This document shows positions 34,183 through 37,100 of a DNA stretch of 37,100 bases, piece by piece (positions within the stretch are counted from its first letter, which is position 1; each line of letters begins with the position of its first letter). The notes below the pieces were generated by a model. The model was given only the letters and a program-made list of their open reading frames with translations, searched no databases and was not told where the DNA came from. The position numbers and the translations under genes are program-made. The stretch spans positions 205,199 to 242,298 of the forward strand of contig WELA01000395.1 of NCBI GenBank assembly GCA_009602735.1, in the 5' to 3' direction. The DNA is from Mesotaenium endlicherianum (Eukaryota).

Positions 34183-37067
34183 ATGGCGTTTCCTTATCTG
34201 GAAGCTATTATAGGTAGGTACACTCTTTGAGTCTTAAGCTATCCTATTTGCAACGTTCATTGGTCAATCGCGTTTGAAGGTCACTTTTTTGACGGGTCAC
34301 TGCCAAGTCACCACAGTACCCTCTTGTCATGATTCGAAATAACAGGGAGATTTTGCATGCTTTTCTTGGGATGAGAAAGTTAGGCTACTATGCGTATGGA
34401 AGATTCTTGCCATGTCCCATAGGACGTCTCTACTAGCACATATTCCAAGTCATCACAACACCTTTACTTTTCTCACCTATAGAGAGATCGTCATACAAGG
34501 CTTTATTTGGAATGATGCAACTAGTTGATGTTTGAAGAGTTGCAGGGGTGTATTTGAAAGAATTAGGGGCCTGCTGAGGTAGGAAGGTCAGCATGATTCG
34601 TCCACTCTTACTTTTGAAAATAATTGTCATCCACATACTCACAAGCCCAAGCTTCCAGTCCCTCTATGTGTGGTTGTTCCTGTGTCAAACCACCTCAATG
34701 GTTGTAAATATATGAACCAAGAATTATCAACCCCCCAAGCCTGCGCAGTTGACCATGTTCCAAGTCCTCATCTTCGCTCATATTTACCAATCTGTTTCTA
34801 GTCACCTTGCCTCTGTTGTTGATGTAATTTTGTAGGATATGCGTGTGCCCTTATTGACGATGTTGGCGTCCAGTTGTCCTCTTTGCATGAGCGGAGACGG
34901 GTGGCAGTCTGTAGAGGCGGTGGCACCTTTTTGTTGGACTGAGGCTTTAGGGGCACTCCTTTATCAGCTTAGCTACAACGTACATGCTTTTTGGGTAATA
35001 AAAATCCAGAACCTAGTGACAGAGTTGGGCTCGACTCTCATTCACACTCGTATCATTTATACTTATATGCGCCTCTAGTATCTTTATCATGGATATTTTT
35101 TGGGAATCATTTGTGGACCACTGGCAGCCAGGTCATCAGGGCGCATGCTCCTTGAGCTACTGCTTCCTCGCATGCAGTAAGGATTGGGAAGGGTTTAGCC
35201 TGGGTTTTTGAATCCACTCACCATGTGCATCAAGATGGTGCAACAGAAACTGGGGTTTCAGCATCGGGTTTTTGCCTTCGCCGATCGCAGCTGGCAAGCT
35301 ACAGGAGTGCAGGAGATGTCAAGTGCTTACTTGCATAGCCGGCCTGCTGTGGCTACAAGAGTGCAAGGGTTTTGGGATGTCACTTGCTCTCTTGAGGAGC
35401 TGAGCATGTTACAGCTACAGGAGAGCAGGGGTTTTGGGATGTCAAGGTGGTCGCTTCTAGCTGACAGAAAGTTTGCAGGAAGCTTGGGTTTTGGTGCGTC
35501 AAGTTTGCAGGAAGCTAGGGTTTTGGGGCGTCAAGGGAGGGATTGAGTGGTTGGTCACCTGCAGCTGATGTGTGGATCTAGGATTAGTGCAGAGCGCTCT
35601 GAGGCTTTGGGATGTCAGACGAGGATTCACTTGGTGGCTTGTCGCTCATAGAGTCTTCTGAAGTGCCAGGGTTTTGGGATGTCGGAGGAGGGTCCAGGTT
35701 GTTGCTTGCTGCTGAGGGGAAGTCGACAGGAGTGCCGGGGTTTTGAGATGTCTAAGAATATTTTGCCGCGGGTGATGGGTTCTAGGTTGCTGCCATCAGC
35801 TGTATAAAGAGCTGGCCAGCTGGCCTGCTGGGAACGTAGGGGTGATGCCTCCTGAGCTAGAGCCCAGAGCTTAGTACTGCTACCTAGCCACACGTTATGC
35901 ATGCTGCGTCAGGGTTGGTGTCATGGTCGGTGTCAGGGTCGGTGTCAGGGTCGGTGTCTCAAGTCGGCTATCGGTGGGTCCATCAGAGCAGCTCCAACAT
36001 CTCAGCATACATCAAATCTCGACTCTCACGCCAACTTTTCTGCGCAGTGTCAGTGCGCGCTATCTGTATGCTTTTTTTTCCTCTTTCAAAAAAGCATGTC
36101 TACACTCGATGAACATGACCCTCCGACAAACGCTGTGCCATGATGGGATGCGTCCACACGTGCATGGCTGATGGCTGTCAGGGTTTTGTAATGGGTGATG
36201 CGTGCGCTCTCAAGTGCTGCAACCTTTCAAGTGACGCGCCCGTGACCTTTCCATTCTGCCGCCTGTCACCCTCTATGGTGGCGGCGTGTGCGCTCACATG
36301 CTTACATCTGCAAGTGCTGATCGTATCGAGTGACGTACGTGTTTGCCGTTTTCTCTGTCCCTTTCACCTGACGTATGCCTATGCGTGCGCTGCCTGTCCT
36401 CGTCGTGTCCCCGTCGACTCCCAGGCTTTGTGGTGGTGGCGTATGCGTTCGAGACGGCGCTCGACTTGCGGCAGCACAGGGTGCTGGGGGGGTCGTCGCT
36501 GCCGCCCGTGCTGGAGGGCGTGGTGAGCCGCGAGAAGTTCGAGCGCGCGCGCGCGTACGGCCTCGACAAGAGCCGCTTCCACTTCCTGCACGCCGCCGTC
36601 AGCTTCGGGGAGGACCTGGCAGTGCTCTCGCTCAAAGTGCTGCCCTGGGTGTGGGGGGTGCGTGCGACTCCTTTGCCTTGTCTGCCTTCCTCCTCCGCCT
36701 CTGCCTTGGCCTCCTCATGCTCTTCCTCCCCCTCGGCCTCGGCCTCGGCCTCTGCGCCTGTCTGCCCTTTCTTCTTCATCCTCTGCCTCCGCGCCTGCAT
36801 CTGCTTCTTTACTTCCTCTTTTTGATGATTGGGGTTCCGTGTTGACTTGTGCCCCCCCCCCCTCCCCGGGGTTTGGAGGGGAAGTGAGGTTGTGAGGTTT
36901 TTTTTCATTGTCTTTGACGTGTATGTTGATTCGTCTGTGGTATCGATGGTCCCCGGTGATGATGCGTGCAGATCAGCGGGGGGCTGCTCCAGAAGTGGGG
37001 CTACTCCCCCAACAGCGAGATTCTGCAGACCCTGCTCTTCCTCACCATCTGGTCCATCGCCAACCAG
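34183..37067 (+). CDS. STE24: CAAX prenyl protease 1 (STE24/FACE1), 5' part; exons 34183-34213, 36425-36657, 36972-37067; continues beyond the window
   Basis: MAFPYLEAIIG|FVVVAYAFETALDLRQH...VSREKFERARAYGLDKSRFHF...LPWVWG|ISGGLLQKWGYSPNSEILQTLLFL matches the plant STE24 N-terminus. Splice phases are consistent. Confidence 0.92.
35295..35755 (+). repeat. Degenerate dispersed repeat (GGGTTTTGGGATGTC core) in STE24 intron 1
   Basis: About seven copies near 35368, 35429, 35486, 35518, 35602, 35669 and 35738, with variable spacers. Confidence 0.7.
35912..35958 (+). repeat. 12-bp tandem repeat (GGGTCGGTGTCA) x ~4
   Basis: gggttggtgtca tggtcggtgtca gggtcggtgtca gggtcggtgtc. Confidence 0.85.
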
Positions 37068-37100
37068 GCCAGTTGCTCGTCTCCCCCCCACCCCCCCCCC

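Overview
Eukaryotic DNA with GT-AG introns, most consistent with a streptophyte (charophyte-like) green alga; the organism is inferred from the plant-type genes. Four host genes can be reconstructed exon by exon: a PEPKR/CDPK-related kinase without EF-hands (8630-11313, +), NdhL (12712-17502, -), guanosine deaminase (19815-22505, +) and the 5' part of the CAAX protease STE24 (34183 to window end, +). Much of the rest is transposon-derived. The most striking element is a decayed Ty3/Gypsy retrotransposon (1-6538). Its polyprotein carries a DNMT3-like C5 cytosine methyltransferase between protease and reverse transcriptase, and a PHD finger after the integrase, i.e. a DNA-methylation writer plus a histone reader. 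The ORF track hides this because of in-frame stops and N-joined assembly overlaps. Also present: a CRE-like LINE endonuclease fragment, a 199-bp hAT-type MITE with an 8-bp TSD, and a 9.6-kb PIF/Harbinger element (23683-33310). The Harbinger carries a DDE transposase, a Myb/SANT partner gene, a captured RTEL1 helicase exon and a nested solo LTR containing a tRNA-like segment.
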